DNA of 64,000 nucleotides from Podarcis vaucheri (taxonomy: Eukaryota), in assembly GCA_965113315.1 (NCBI GenBank), contig OZ220371.1; one strand, 5' to 3'. Position 1 is the first letter of the stretch; every line of letters starts with the position of its first letter. Below are positions 34,008 through 48,184 of this stretch, piece by piece. The notes beneath the pieces were generated by a model, which was not told the origin of the DNA, did no database searches, and saw nothing but the letters and a program-made list of their open reading frames with translations. The position numbers and the translations under genes are program-made.

Positions 34008-37000
34008 CAATACACAGCTTCAATGAGTGTGCCCAGATGGCATCCTTCTGTGTGCCCAGTTAGGCTGGGTAACACGAGGGAGATATCAAAAGGGTCCCAG
34101 AGTAGACAGGCAGGTCTACACTACCTTGCATCAATCTCTATCAGATCAGGAGCTCTGGACTGCAGAACCTGGAAGCATTAAACATGCCTCCAACACCTGT
34201 AGTTAGAGCTGTCTGTAAGTGCCTTAAGTGACAAAGGCAGGCAACCCTCTGAGGGAATGCAAAACAGAAGGGCAATGGACTAGAAGCCGAAATGAGAGGC
34301 ACACACAGCTAGGCTCTCATTAGCAAAAGGAATGGGTGCAATAAACCAGTTCAGAATGAAAAACATTTGCTAGGGAAGGATGGGGCATGGGAGGTGACTG
34401 TAACAGTAGGATGTTTACTTCCAAGTTTGTACTTTTCCTTTGCAAGATGCAGACTCATCTGATTAAGGCACGAAATGTTGCAGCCTTTGCCCAATTTTCT
34501 GCGGAAAAGAAACATTGTTTTCACACTTTTTAGAAAGAGCAGTAAAGCATTTTGCAACTGCTCCAGTTCTTGTTTCCAAAAAAAGAAAGCCCTATGTCAG
34601 TTTTCCCAAAACATCTCGCTTTCCCGAAAAACATCATTACCACAAAGCAGCCTTGTTTGCTTTTTAAATACCTGTAACTCTGCACTTCTCAGCTGATCTT
34701 CAGCTAGATTGAGAGGTTTCTTCCACCTTTGTGTTTTATGTGCCTAGTGGTGTGTTTTCTTCCAGTTTCTGGACACGGCCTGTACTACTTATGCAGGTTG
34801 TGCTTGTTCTCTTGTAGATTAGATCAGAATATGGGATGGTTATCAAAAGCTAAGTGGGATGACCTGCCATTACATTATCCAAGAATTACATCTCTTCCCC
34901 AATTGCAGGTAGAATCTACAACACATACAAAAACTATTCTGAATATTATTATTATTATTATTTTGCTTTTCTGGGGAGTTGAATAGGGGGTCTCCCAACA
35001 ACTCTCAGCACCCTTAACAAACTACATCTCCCAGAATTCTTTGGGGGAAGCCATGACTGTTTAAAGTGATATCACAGCACTTTTATATGTAGGGTGTGAA
35101 TGTGGCCTAAATTCTCAATATCCAACCTTTAAAAAAACACACCAAAACATTAGCAAACGGATGTGGAAATGTGGTGAACTGAACCTAAGCCTGGAAATGG
35201 AAACCGAGAAAAACCAAAATTGACAGATTCATCCTTCCTTAGGCAGAAAGTTAAGAGAGAAGAGAGCCTCTTGGGAGATATTATACCCTAAAGTATTTAT
35301 ACAGGGAAAAAGTGTGTTCTTTTCTGCTATATGTGATTGACAAGTGCTGATGACATAGAACAAATGTTTTTATTATTGGGGGAGGGAAAAGACATAGCAT
35401 AAAGGTACCATAGATGGATCTCTGCTGGGAAAGGTTTAAAAGGTAGCTGGCAGAAGCAGTAGTAAGTGAGCTCTTCCACTACTTTTCCTTACAATTCCCC
35501 TGTTGTCATTCATGGATTAAGGAAGCACACAATTATTTTGGCCTTCTCTTCCTCTTAATGTTAACCAGTATCAGCCCCCCCAAATGAAGGTGATGGAGGA
35601 GAGAGGTCAAGTCTGTGGTGGCAGCAGTGTTCTGAGAAGTCTGCTGCTCTGTTTCTGATTGTTGCACCTCAGTTTTAGGAAAGGTTCAGGATTAAAGGTG
35701 GAGGCTGCAAGGAAAGTGATTACTCAAAAGTTTGGTTTCTTCCTGAAGGACAAAACCAAAAATACAAGCAATGGGAAAGAACTCCACCTTTAACTAGCAT
35801 CCCATTGTATAACCTGATGAACTGAATAGCTCATCTAGCTAAGCTAGTTTAGTCCTACAAAAGGTAAATTCCTTGCTCTTCTCAGTGATGTAGACATGGA
35901 ATACTGACATGCACTTAATGGCTCCTTCAGAACTGGGTTTTTCAATTACTTGCATGATGCTTCCATTACCAGTCAGAGTGCAAAGAGTGGATTAAAAAAA
36001 AAAGCAAGTCTAAAAAGATCAGCTCACCAGGGAGTCTGGAGAAGAGAGCAGATGACTAAGATACTTGCTGAATGCTTCATTTGCCAGAATGTGCTTTGTT
36101 GCAGTTTTTCTTTTTCTTTTTTGTAGGACTTCAGGATGGACCTTCAATGAGATATGTTGAGTTTTGGGAACAGTGAAAATTACACTTTGACTCATCTACT
36201 GAGCAGCTGTTTACAAAGAAGTTCCCTAATCATTCTTGGAAAGTTATGACCTATATATGACTGTTGGTCATTTGGCTCATATTTGGCTACTATTGGGTTT
36301 TACCTTATCCAACAAATTTAAAGGGATATAATTGGTTGATGAGATATAAGACAAGAGCTTTTCTTTCATCTAGCTTGCCACAGTGCAATAGCTGGTGACA
36401 CAGGGTGCCAGAATGCCTCTACATGCATCAAAAGATGCTTCTAGTCAATCCATCGGGCCTGCCTGGGAATGGCAATGAAGATGAGGACTTACAACCACTC
36501 CAGATGTGCATCGACACCCACATCAGCTACATGTGCGTATTACTATGCAGGTGACCCTGACTGGATCAGAGGAGTTAACTCTTGTCAGATTCATATATAT
36601 GAATCAAATGCCACAATGCTAATGGATATTTGCTTTCCAATGGACCATGATAATGCTTTCGATTTTACATTTTTTTTGAAAATGATTTCTAATTAACATC
36701 TATTGCTATAATCCGAAGGAGAGAAAAATGATCAGCCCCTTGACACTGGTTTATATGCCCTGTTAACCATATTGGCACAGATTACTGTGCATTTTGAATA
36801 ACAACTTATGAATGTTTCATGAATATTTGCATTTGCATTGCCCATGTTTTTCCATACAGTAATATAATACAGATTCTATTTTCAAAATTTTATTTGGCTA
36901 AATAAGCAAAAGACATAGTTAATAAGTACTGTGGTGCATAGGAGGGCACAGCGACCAAAAATTAAAAAGGGAAACTGCAAGAAATCCATGGATGTGTGGG

Positions 37001-37459
37001 GTTGCAGAGGGATGAAATAAGCATCCTTTAGTGCGGTTCAATAAAACCCCCTCACTGATTAAAGCACATGAGAGGCAGTTGTGGTGCTGTGTGGGCTCGC
37101 CCTATCCCCTACCACTAATGCAGACACATACCCTTCCATTTGTGCATTTGGCAAGCGGCTGAAATGGCCCCAAACACATACTACACACCTACTGATGTAT
37201 CCATGTAGAGTACATTCACACGAGGGCAGTTGTGGTGATCTAGGCTTCCTCCTGGGATGGAGGTGCCCTATGCATATTCAGCGCTGCGGCAGGTCATGGA
37301 CAGCAAGTGTAGTGGTGTGGGCGGGGCTAGCCACCATAGCTGTGCATGATAGAAACATGAAACTGGATTCTGAATTAAAACTCTTTTCTTTCTTCAATCT
37401 GAGGTGGCTATCATGAAGGTGAAGGGTAAAGGATCTGCTGGGTCAAAGTACAAATAGAA

Positions 37460-37637
37460 CACAGAGAGTTGCTTTATACTGAGTCACACAATTTTGTCCT
37501 TCTAATTCCATATTGCCTACACTGACTGGTAGTGGCTTTCAGACAGGGAACATTCACTGCCCTGCCTGAAGATGCCAGGGATTGAACTGGGACCCCAGCA
37601 TGCAGAGCAGATATTCGGCCACTGAACTATGCCCTTT
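37460..37637 (-). mobile_element. tRNA-derived Squam3-like SINE
   Basis: Minus strand GGGCATAGTTCAGTGG (A box)...CCAGTTCAATCCCTGGCATC (B box)...CAGTCAGTGTAGGCAAT...GACTCAGTATAAAGCAAC. Confidence 0.75.
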
Positions 37638-39257
37638 CCCAAAGTTAATTCATCATCTGTTACTCTTTGTTCTGTTGTTTTTGTTGTGGTCTTTTCTTGA
37701 GCATCATGTGAAAGAAACTGTGGACTATAGCTTGCTGAATCATGGCAATTCTTTGGGTTTTTGTTTTTTGCAGATGGTCTCACTGGTTGAGCCCCTCACC
37801 TTTGCCCTGCTCAGACTCCCAATAACATTCCATCCTTTGCCTCTTTAGGAGATTAATGCAAGAGTCTGATTTTTGTTCCACTCTGTGAATAAGAAGTTCT
37901 GCCACAGACTTCAGCAAAAGCAGGGTCAGGCTCTGAATCATCCCACAGCCAAGGACAACTTTCTTTGAAGGGCTGTTTTCATGAGGCAAGTGAAAACTGT
38001 CTGCCAGCTTCCATATAACCAAGGGAGTGATTAAATCTTAAAAATATGCAGAAGTCAACGGTGGGGTTTTTCCCTGTTAAATCTCTTTATTTTTGCAGGG
38101 TATGGATAATACTTCCCAATTTAAAGACATGGGCTGTTTCAAAAACACACTGAGGAAATTTATTTAGGGTCTTGGTATTTTTGGAGTCATATTGGATGTG
38201 TACTCAAAACTAATGTCTCTCACGGGCGGCGGGATTGCTGCAGCCAAGACACAACAGTGCATTGTGAGAATATATCGGCTACTTTGAAAAGTGAAATATG
38301 ACATCTATTCCATGATTCACTACTGTCCCATAAGTTTAGAAATCCACTCTCTGAGTCCTGAGGTAACCAAATAAGGACTGAGAGATTCCCAAATGAAGGT
38401 TAACATCAATGTGAGGTGGTTGCAGCCATCCCCACTTTCTTGGCAGTTGCTGTGTGACCAGTAGCTCTGTGAGGCTGGCCCAAAGATAATTGTATATGTT
38501 ACAAAACCGCTGCATATTATGGTTGCTCAAGAAAGGCTTGGCACGGTGACAGCAGGAATGTTGCATGTCAGGATTGATGTGATTTGGCAGAGACAGATGG
38601 AGAAGCTTACACAATGCCTGCCCACCCTCTGTTCTGCTCATGCCAAAGAGGTTTTAGTCCCCCTCTGTCATGAGGGCTGAAATCACTCTTGAAAACTTTG
38701 AATATATACTTAAAAATAGATGAAACCCTACCTCATTCTTCCTTCAGCTTGGAACCCAGCGGTTGATCTACAGTGCAAGGGAAGATCACGTCCAGATTCA
38801 TGAAGCCACCACAGTTTGCCTCTCAGATGTCAGTTGTGTGGTTGCGTGTTTGCGAAGGATGGCAGTCGTTGCTCTCCCACCCAAGCTGGAAGGAGGAATG
38901 GATTAGGCTAATTGGCAGGCAACAGTGGAGATGATGCAGAAGGAGCTGCCTCAAATGGTGAAACAGAGCACTGGACCAGTTGTCAAAGTGACTGGGACGC
39001 ACTCATGTTACGATGAGGGTTCCAGCTGGGTGGGGATTGTTGGCCAGGTTGCCTGGGTGACTGGGATGCCCTTCCATACTGGGGAGTGGCTGAGGCGGCC
39101 ACTCATGAAGTGTGAGATGTGGCAAGCTGAGGAGGTTTCCTACCAGAGCTTTATGGAGAGAGCCATCCAGTAAGCTCAGTGAAGAGGAGAGGCACTGGGG
39201 GAGGGGGGGAAGAACCTTCCTTCAATCCACTGTCAGTGACCAAGAGGGCCTTGTCAT

Positions 39258-39662
39258 TGTCAGGAGCTCGTCCTACACTCAAGTAGGATCCTGGTAGAGA
39301 CACATGCCCAACTGGCATGTTCTCTCCCTCCTGGTTGATCTGGAGCTTCAAAAGCTTTCTTCAGCCCAAACATCACAGCGACCGATGCCAACAGACACCA
39401 GCACGCTTAGCGATCCGCAGATCATGTTGGCTAATCTACTTTATTTACATATAAACACACACGGAGCACTGCAACATGGCTCCCTCTCTCTCTAGTATCA
39501 GATAGCAAAGAGAAAGAACAAAGGACAATAGTCCCACTTCATGGAACACAGTAACACCAACATCCTGTCTCCATCACTTCCCACTTTTTGGAGTCAAAAC
39601 ATACCACGTCATGTGAAAGACAACAATCCAGTGACTGCAACCATGGAGCAGGAATTCTAACA
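39258..39662 (-). mobile_element. Probable solo LTR
   Basis: TGT...ACA termini with imperfect inverted ends TGTCAGGA / TTCTAACA; AATAAA on the minus strand near 39440; flanks GTCAT / GTCCC only partly match. Confidence 0.4.
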
Positions 39663-39997
39663 GTCCCGACATATGGTAGGGATGGGAGGAATGAATTTGT
39701 CTATATTGGTTTCTCCCAATTTCTCAATTTTCCACTCTTAAATTCAGTGTGCCCTATTTCCATATCAGGTTGTGGATGATTTTCTTCTTCTTTTTTAAAA
39801 GTCTAGATGAAAACTTGTATGAATTTTCTTCCATATTTATTCTTATATACATTTTTGTATGCAATTTTTTGCAAGCCATTTCCCCTCTCATGCATTTGTA
39901 ATATTGTTGTCACTTAATACTCTTGAGTGAAGTTTTGGTTGAGAGAGGACTGCATCAAAATATTCAGAGATGTGTTTTGGCTGGCTCAGGACATGCA

Positions 39998-40250
39998 ATA
40001 ATAATAATAATAATAATAATTTATTATTTATACCCCGCCCATCTGGCTGGGCCTCCCCAGCCACTCTGGGCGGCTTCCATAAAAACCAAAAATACAATAA
40101 AATATCACACGTTAAAAACTTCCCTGAACAGGGCTGCCTTAAGATGTCTCCTGAATGTCAGGTAGTTGTTTATCGCCTTGACATCTGCTGGAAGGGTGTT
40201 CCACAGGGCGGGCGCCACTACCGAGAAGGCCCTCTGCCTGGTTCCCTGTA
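39998..40250 (-). mobile_element. L2 LINE 3' fragment
   Basis: Minus strand GGCAGAGGGCCTTCTCGGTAGTGGCGCCCGCCCTGTGGAAC (RAFSVVAPALWN); (TTA)n tail. Confidence 0.85.
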
Positions 40251-41967
40251 GCAAATTAGGTAGGCTCATATTACAACGATGGGAGGCAATGAAGCTCTAG
40301 GGCTTCTTTCACAAATTAAAAGTCTGAGTAAAATGAGCAGCTCCATAATTTTTTTTGCTTCCACTATTCATAAATAAAGATTAACCTGAATGCTGAAACA
40401 TTTTGGACAGCCTTCTCAACACCTGCATCTTATCTGTGGCTCATCCCAAGCATATAGAAGTCATTGTAATGCTGATATGGCTAAGGGAAAGCAGGACTGG
40501 AACTGTTTGAAACTGTAACATTCAGCACAACGGTTCTAGGTGGCACATGGACAAAATGACAGATACCCATGTGATGGTCCTGATATGACCATAGTAAGTG
40601 AATGCCATGGTAGCATCAAGGATGAGCTTGTAAGCTCCTGATTCTAGCTAAACACATTCATAGCTGAGGTGTAATTTGATCTTAGACAAACTACTGATGG
40701 ACTAATGGTAATTTCTTTGGGTAGGATTCTTGCAATTGCTTGGTCTGAACCAGCAAGGCACATGGACTTAAGCAAGGGTTCATATTTAGTATAGTTCAAT
40801 GCAGATAAGCTATGCTTTAAATTTAACTGTGTAGAGAGTCTAAATAGTCACTTCTGGCTTGTAAATTTAAAATATACCATGTATGAGCAACTGCATGAGT
40901 TTTTCTAGTGGGGAGGGCAAAGTAAAACACTGAAATGGGGAGCAGACTAGTTTCTCGCACAAAAGATGAGAAGTGTAGTGAATTTGGCCTCATCTCTCAG
41001 GTACTACAAAAGCCAGAAGGGTGTTCTGTTTTATTTTTATGAAAGCAGAGAAACTGACCATTCTGGCTTCTTATTATTCACACACACACACCACAGATGC
41101 TTATGGTGCCATGGGAATTTGAGTCAGAGTAAGGAAATTGTGATGGTGCAAGACTGATGTCAGCCTAACAATATTGTACAGCCTCTTCAATCTCCACAGA
41201 GTGAAGGATGGCTCCCTTGTGATCTCTACCCTCATGGTAAGTAGCAAAATAAATAACCCAACAATTTTTCATGCCTATTTCCCCAGAATTTCCTTGTTTG
41301 TGCTTGAGCCCTCTACAGGTGCTTCAGTAGCAATTGCATTAAAACTTAATATTTCCTATTTCTCATTCTGACTAGCAAGCAAGCTTGCAATTTTTATTCT
41401 AAATTGCTGCACTGAGCTAATGCACATCTTAACCTTTAGTAACATTGGCCAAATTAAAGCACTGTTGACTATTGCAGTCAAGTTTCACAGGTTAAAAGGA
41501 GAGGTGAAGCTGGTTAAAATTTGAATTCCCTCTGCTTAAAAACCTACTGGCGGTTACCACTTTACTTAGCAATTCATCTCTTAGCAAATGGTAGTTTGAC
41601 ATCTCGTAATGTGACCAAGTAAGGCTATCATCATCACAGTTTGCTAATGGATTTATCCATCATTCTCAGTCAATTCTTTCAGAAAAGAATCCATGAAAGT
41701 TTGCTTATACAGTTCTCAAAATGAAAGAGGACTTTGTATACAGATTTAGTCATTCACACACAGTAAGCATATCCTAATGGACAGGAACTTGACTTGGAAT
41801 GTTAATTCCATTCTGCATAATTACTGAACTGAGCAATTGGGTGAATGTCATGACATAGACGCTCAAATTGTTTCAGGTTTTTATTCTTTCCATTGGAGAA
41901 AGAAGTCTGTTAATGTCAATGTTTGGCTATTTACCTAACTCTATGCTAGGAATCAGCAAAAGAAATG

Positions 41968-42015
<48 letters not shown>

Positions 42016-42027
42016 GATAGATAGATA
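41968..42027. repeat. (GATA)n microsatellite
   Basis: Seen directly. Confidence 0.97.
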
Positions 42028-42044
42028 GAGATGATGGTCTGAAA

Positions 42045-42430
42045 GACTGTATTCCCTCACACAAACCTGCCCGTGCTATGAGATCTTAATAGGAAACCTT
42101 CTCTTAGTCCTGCCATCCTCACAGACATGCTTGGTGAGGATGCAGGAGAGGGTCTTCTCAGTGGCTGTCCCCAAACGTTGGAACTTACTACTTAGAGAAT
42201 TTAGACTGGCTCCCTTCTTGTTGTTCTTTTGCTAGCAGCTGAAGACCTTTCTATTACAACAGGCTTTTGGGAACTGAATGTGTTTGAGGGAAGGGCCAAT
42301 GCTGCGATGTTTTTATTGTTATTGCCTATGTTTAATGGATTTTTAATGCTATTTTAATTCTATTAGTGTTCGTATTTTAATTAATTCATCTTCTATGATT
42401 TCACCTTCTTCTATTTTATCTATGTAAAAA
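42045..42430 (+). mobile_element. Degenerate L2 3' fragment
   Basis: GAGGGTCTTCTCAGTGGCTGTCCCCAAACGTTGGAAC; T-rich 3'UTR. Confidence 0.6.
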
Positions 42431-42438
42431 GCCTTGTG

Positions 42439-42443
<5 letters not shown>

Positions 42444-42488
<45 letters not shown>
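42444..42488. repeat. (CA)n microsatellite
   Basis: Seen directly. Confidence 0.97.
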
Positions 42489-42490
<2 letters not shown>

Positions 42491-43862
42491 TTTGTTCATA
42501 GGCCACCAGGATCATATGAAATAAAATTATGATAGAAAAGAACTCACTTTTTTTCAGTTCCCTCGCTCTTACAAATATTAAGTGCATGGGTACACTGCAA
42601 TGAGAACCTCTCAAAGTGACTTACAAAAAAACTCACACTAAAAATGATATTAAATAAATGTCCTTATAGTGACAGGATTCCTTAGTGTTGTTCTTCAAGG
42701 CAAAGCAGGAGGACTGAGCAGCTGGATCTCACTCAACCGATGGGACAGGCAAGTCTTCCCTTCATTGCAGCTGGTGTTGGAATTTGCAGCAGCATCCCAG
42801 CTTTGTTACCAAAAACTGGGATTTCTTGGCCTCAGGGCGCCACCACATAAGAGTATGGTGCTGGCTCAGCTGGCCTGTAATTTGTCAGTCTCTGGTCACT
42901 GTCTCTTCTGCCATTGTGGTCTTCACAACATGGTGGAGCTGAGCCATGGCTGGAACTAGAGTTCTGAGGCAATGAAGAAACTTCTGGAAAAACATGAAGG
43001 GCGTCCTAAAGGACCTGTGTTGGCCAAGTGACAATAATTCTTCCACCTAGCATGTTTTTGATTTGTAGCCTGTGAATTAACTGATGTAATCTTATACTTC
43101 AAATGTAATGGAGCATTTGCCACAGAATGTCTCACAATCTGAAATTCCAGATACAACTTATAAGTGCACTCTGTGCGCAACTGTTTCCTTGTATGCAGAC
43201 AACTAAATGGGATTGGAGCACACAGCTAGTTGACCTACAACTCATTCTCTCCCACTCTGTCCAGTACCTTATCTTTTCACAACCCACTTTCCTGACTTGA
43301 CATTCTTAATCCCTCCCCCTTTCTCTTCTAGCCGGTTTGATGCTTAGAATCCTTTTCCAAGCTTAATTCAAACATGCAACAATAGTATGTGCTATCGTCT
43401 GTCCAGGACCAGAATACAGATGTTTATTTGCACCTGGTCTGGCATCAGCATCAGACATTTTCAAGCAATTATTGGTACCTCTGAGCCCCAAGAGTCCCCA
43501 CTGGGACTGACATTGACATTCCACTTTTTTGTCTTGCTTTTTGTTTCTCTTCCTTCCACCTTTCCTCATATGAACATGCCTGGACTCTGAGATGGTCATC
43601 AGAGGGCCCTCTCTGTCTGCCATCGCCAAGGCAGGATGAGAAGGTAATAATGATAAAATGGAGCTTTTGTGTAGTAGCTCCCCATCTATGTACTAGCAGC
43701 CAGTGGAGTGAAGCGGTGTTGCTTACTTGGCTTCCCAATGTGGAGGTTGCTGTTGGTATTGAAGAGTGAGAGGGGTAGGGATGAGGCAGCAGGAAGGTTA
43801 TTGTGGTCCAGGCACAGCGGCTGGAGTAGTGGATTGGCCATCCCACACCACTCTGCCACTCT

Positions 43863-44079
43863 GTGGGTGGCGGTGTGGTCTAAACAGCATTTCCATGCGC
43901 TCTGGCCTCCATCACAGTGTCCCGTTGCACCAGAAGTGGTTTAGTCATGCTGGCCACATGACCCAGAAAAGCTGTCTGCGGACAACTACTGGCTCCCTCG
44001 ACCTGAAAATAGAGATGAGCACAGCACCCCATAGTCAAATTCAACTGGATTCAATTGTCCAGGAGTCCTTTACCTTTAC
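43863..44079 (+). mobile_element. Internally deleted Sauria SINE
   Basis: 5' GGGTGGCGGTGTGGTCTAAAC joined directly to the 3' half; tail CCTTTACCTTTAC. Confidence 0.8.
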
Positions 44080-45293
44080 AACATCAGTGGAATACTCTAC
44101 CCAGGAAAACCCACATGGCATCAGTTTTGCCCTACTTTTTTTAGTCTATGTTTTTAATAAGTTTATTTATTTATATTACTGTATTTTATTCTTGTTGTCA
44201 GTCACTTTGGAACTTTTTTGTTGTAGAAACAATTATTTATAAACAGCCTAACCTTCCTTTCTTCCTCCAATTTCACAAAGGTGGTGGCTTTTTGGCTTCC
44301 TACCATTTTCTGTTTAGAGTTTATTTTCAGAATTTAGCACAAATCTTTTGCATGTTTACTCAAAAGGATGTCTCACTGTGTTCAGTCAGGCCTATTCCCT
44401 AGTAAGAGAGTTCAGGATTGTAGGCTTTAGACTTAGTTTATTTAAGTAACTCAGCAGCTGCCGCTACTGACTAGTCTTAGTGAGGAGATCCCTAAATGGG
44501 TTCTAGCCTTACCAAAATTATGCACATATTTAGAATCCCTTGCCCTTTGGCTTCCATGGGAATAGATGGAGGTCCATAATGGACCATTCTTCAGTGGAAA
44601 GATTCTGCCCATCAACTTGGGGAGGCACCCACCTCAAATATTTTATGGGGGGCCTCAGCCCCTAGGAGTTGGCTTCTATGAGAGTTAGCATCCCATTTGC
44701 TGCAGTTTAGATCCAGAAGCACATCCCAAGTGGCTGCTTTTTGTCAAAAGCCTAAGTGCTCAGGGTTAAGTTTGGTTTTTCAGAAATGTGCTTGACATGG
44801 CATCAGTTTGACCCAGCATTAAATTTAAGGAAGTAAAGACAGTAGTTGTTTTGAATCTTTACACAAGGAAAAAAATGAGTTGCTGTTTAGATACCACAGA
44901 TAACAGTCAACAATCCTCTGAGGGTGAATTCAAACTGCTGGAGAATCACAGCACCTGCTGTGGCTGCAGAGACCAAGCTTGACATCTATCTTAATGTTTC
45001 TTAATGCACCTCAGAAGGGGAAGCAGATCTTTGGGGGCAACTAGAGAAGCAGGCATCCTTCATATCTACACCTTGAACTACTGATTGTCAATGAATACTC
45101 CAGTTGTAATATTTCATACTGCTTGATCATGGTTGCTGCTGTAGGATACTAATAATAATAACAGCTGTCATCAGTCATGCAGATCCAAATGCACTCAGAT
45201 TCCTGGATGTATTCAGTGCCTATGCAGGACCCATCGTTGATTTCAATAGAAAAACCAATTCTCACATACTAAGTTATGCACTGTACATATGTA

Positions 45294-45535
45294 CAGTTGT
45301 ACCTCGGGTTAAGTACTTAATTCATTCCGGAGGTCCATTCTTAACCTGAAACTGTTCTTAACCTGAAGCACCACTTTAGCTAATGGGGCCTCCTGTTGCT
45401 GCCACACTGCTGGAGCACGATTTCTGTTCTCATCCTGAAGCAAAGTTCTTAACCCAAGGTACTATTTCTGAGTTGGCGGAGTCTGTAACCTAAAGTGTAT
45501 GTAACCTGAAGCGTATGTAACCCGAGGTATCACTG
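45294..45535. mobile_element. Tc1/mariner MITE, family A
   Basis: TA-CAGTTGTACCTCGGG...CCCGAGGTATCACTG-TA. Confidence 0.9.
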
Positions 45536-47396
45536 TACTGGTTCCTTCAAAATAAAAGCTGTCCCAGACATAGGGTATATATTTGGAGGCCTGATATCCT
45601 TTGCTTAGGCAAAATTTTGCATTGCTTTATGGCCGTACTGTTGGACAGTTACAACAGTCAATTGTGCACTTGTGGCTCTATGTCTAAAGTTGTCACCAAG
45701 ACAGGCATATGACCAAAGTTTTCCCCATCCATGAATTCCCATCTACGTAATTGAAATGCCAGCAGTATTCTGGTACAACAATAAAAAGAATTCTCATTTC
45801 ACAGCCCAAATGTAGGCTATAAATCCACTCTCCATTCTTCAAATTCAATCTTCATTTACTGTGAGCGAAGGCTGTTAAATGTTGCATCCATACATTTCAT
45901 TCTTGAGTAGCTTCTTTCTTTGGGGGGACCTACATTCATTGTTCTTTTTATTAAGCTGTTGATCTTTTGCAAATATACACTGAAAATAACTAATTACTCC
46001 TGCATGAATTTTTTTTTTAAGGAAAAACTCCCAAAATATTGGTTGTAGATACAGAAATCCAGAGAATGTTTTTAGAGGCATGTTCAGGCTTATGTAGCGG
46101 GGCTTTCTTCCTATTCTTGGTTGTGTGTTAGAACCCCCCCCCCCCCATTTATATTACACAGCATTGAGGAGGGATAAAAATACTGAGGACAGGAACTGGC
46201 CCCCAGCAAATCTTGTGAACAAATTGGTAACATCTTTGCTTCTTCCAAAAGCCACCACAAGGGGATCGCCAAGAGCCCTCTCTGCTTCTAGCAGCAATAT
46301 GTACTGAGGAAACCGACAAACATAATTGTAGTATGTACTGTTAGCACTAGGTTCCTAGAATAAGTAAGCAACTTCAGAACAGAACATTCTTAACTGCAGA
46401 GCATTTAATTATTCACTTATCATACAGATGAAACACCCATGGGGACCATACCAATAAAGCAAGAATGTCTGAGCGCAAATCAATATCCACGATGAAGCTA
46501 TCAATATGTTACTTCTTAATTTGTTCTGCTAATAACTTCAAAGGTCACCTTTTTAACAGGCCTACCATAAAATTGCAAGAATAGAAGTACAGATATTAAA
46601 AAATCGGCACTTAGAATATTTTATATTCAATTACATTACCAAATAAAGCTGTCTTATGGAGTAGAGTCAGGTGAATTTTGCGTCTTTCCCCCAATATTTT
46701 ATTATTATTTTTTTACTCAACTTGGATAGAAGAGAAAATGGTAGCAAACTGAATCCTTCTAGAAGGCAGGTAGCTTGTCTGCATGGTGGCTGTATGGGGC
46801 ATCTATCATCATAGACAATCTACTTTTGAGTACCATTTTTTAAAAAAGGGGGGAAATAGCGGTGATAGTATTGACCTCATATCCAGCTTGTGGGCTTCCT
46901 TGAGACATCTTGTTGACCACTTTGAGAAGCAGGAGGCTGGACTAGATGGACCTTTCATCCAATCCAGCTGGGTTTGTTGTGTTAAGGAACTCAAAGCTTC
47001 CACACACATAATCCAGATTCTACACTGGGAATAAAAGTCACATGCCATTTTTTTTTCTTCAGCACTCAGACTTACTATACATGATATCAGGGATCTCCAC
47101 AATATACTTATAATAGTCCATAAAAACTCATTAATTCAATCTGGTTGCAATACAGAGGGTATCATTAGGGTGGTAAGATTCAGCAAGGAAGGGAAATATG
47201 GATTGGAGGGAGAGAATAAAGGAAGTAAAACTCATTATGTGCCACCTACTACAAAAATTGGTTGCTTTGTGGCTTGCCTGGTTTGACTTCTCCCTTGAAA
47301 TCCACTCTGTTTTCCCTCCTGTATTGACTACTCCAAGACACCCAGCCTCGGGTCATGATTTGTGCAAACTGTTTGCATACCTCTAATTAAATCTAA

Positions 47397-47859
47397 GGCC
47401 TCATCCACACTACAGTCATACCTTGGAAGTCGAATGGAATCTGTTCTGGAAGTCCATTCAACTTCCAAAACATTCTGAAACCAAAGTGTGGCTTCTGATT
47501 GGCTGCAGGAAGCTCCTGCAGCCAACCGGAAGCTGCAGAAGCGCTGTCAGACATTTGGCTTTCAAAGAACATTCACAAACCAGAATAGCCACTTCTGGGT
47601 TTGCGGCGTTCAGGAGCCAAAACGTCCGAGTACCAAGGCATTTGGGATCCAAGGTATAACTGTATATCTTTATATCAATTGTATGCTACTTTAGTAGTCA
47701 TGGTTTCTCCTTGAAGAATCCTGGAAACTGTAGTTTGCTATGGTTTGCTGGGAATTGTTAGGAGACTCCTATCTCTCTCACTGAGGTACAATTCCTAGAT
47801 TTCCCTGGGAAGAGGGATGGCTGTTGAACCAGTTTAAGTCTGTGGTGCAGATGTACCCT
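47397..47859. mobile_element. Older non-autonomous DNA element hosting a nested MITE
   Basis: Imperfect inverted ends AGGCCTCATCCACAC / GTGCAGATGTACCCT; GAATCCTGGAAACTGTAGTTTG motif, with a related reverse copy at about 34975-35110. Confidence 0.45.
47413..47662. mobile_element. Tc1/mariner MITE, family B
   Basis: TA-CAGTCATACCTTGGA...TCCAAGGTATAACTG-TA; central palindrome GGCTGCAGGAAGCTCCTGCAGCC. Confidence 0.85.
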
Positions 47860-48184
47860 GAGAGCATGACTGCAGCAGTACTCTTTGTGGTTCCCTCATT
47901 GGTAAATATACGGCATTCATGCTGAAGCAAAAGTGCTCAATCTGCACAATGGTGTCAATGGGAAGTTTAGACATTTTGCCCCTGGTTCATACATTTTTAA
48001 AAAAGAAAAGAAAAACAGAAAGGCAATGAAGACCCATGAGGGCGTGGGTGGCATATTGATCTGGGACATCTAAACCAATACCTAATTCCCAGAAGGTATT
48101 TTTCCTACACACTCCCTGTCCCCACTCATTGTGAAGAAGAGAAACTTGAGTGGGGCTTTTGGACACCATTGTGAACAGCATCTA

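Noticed and set aside
37560-37637. tRNA gene
   Set aside because: A/B boxes are degenerate and continue into a SINE body; no intact cloverleaf
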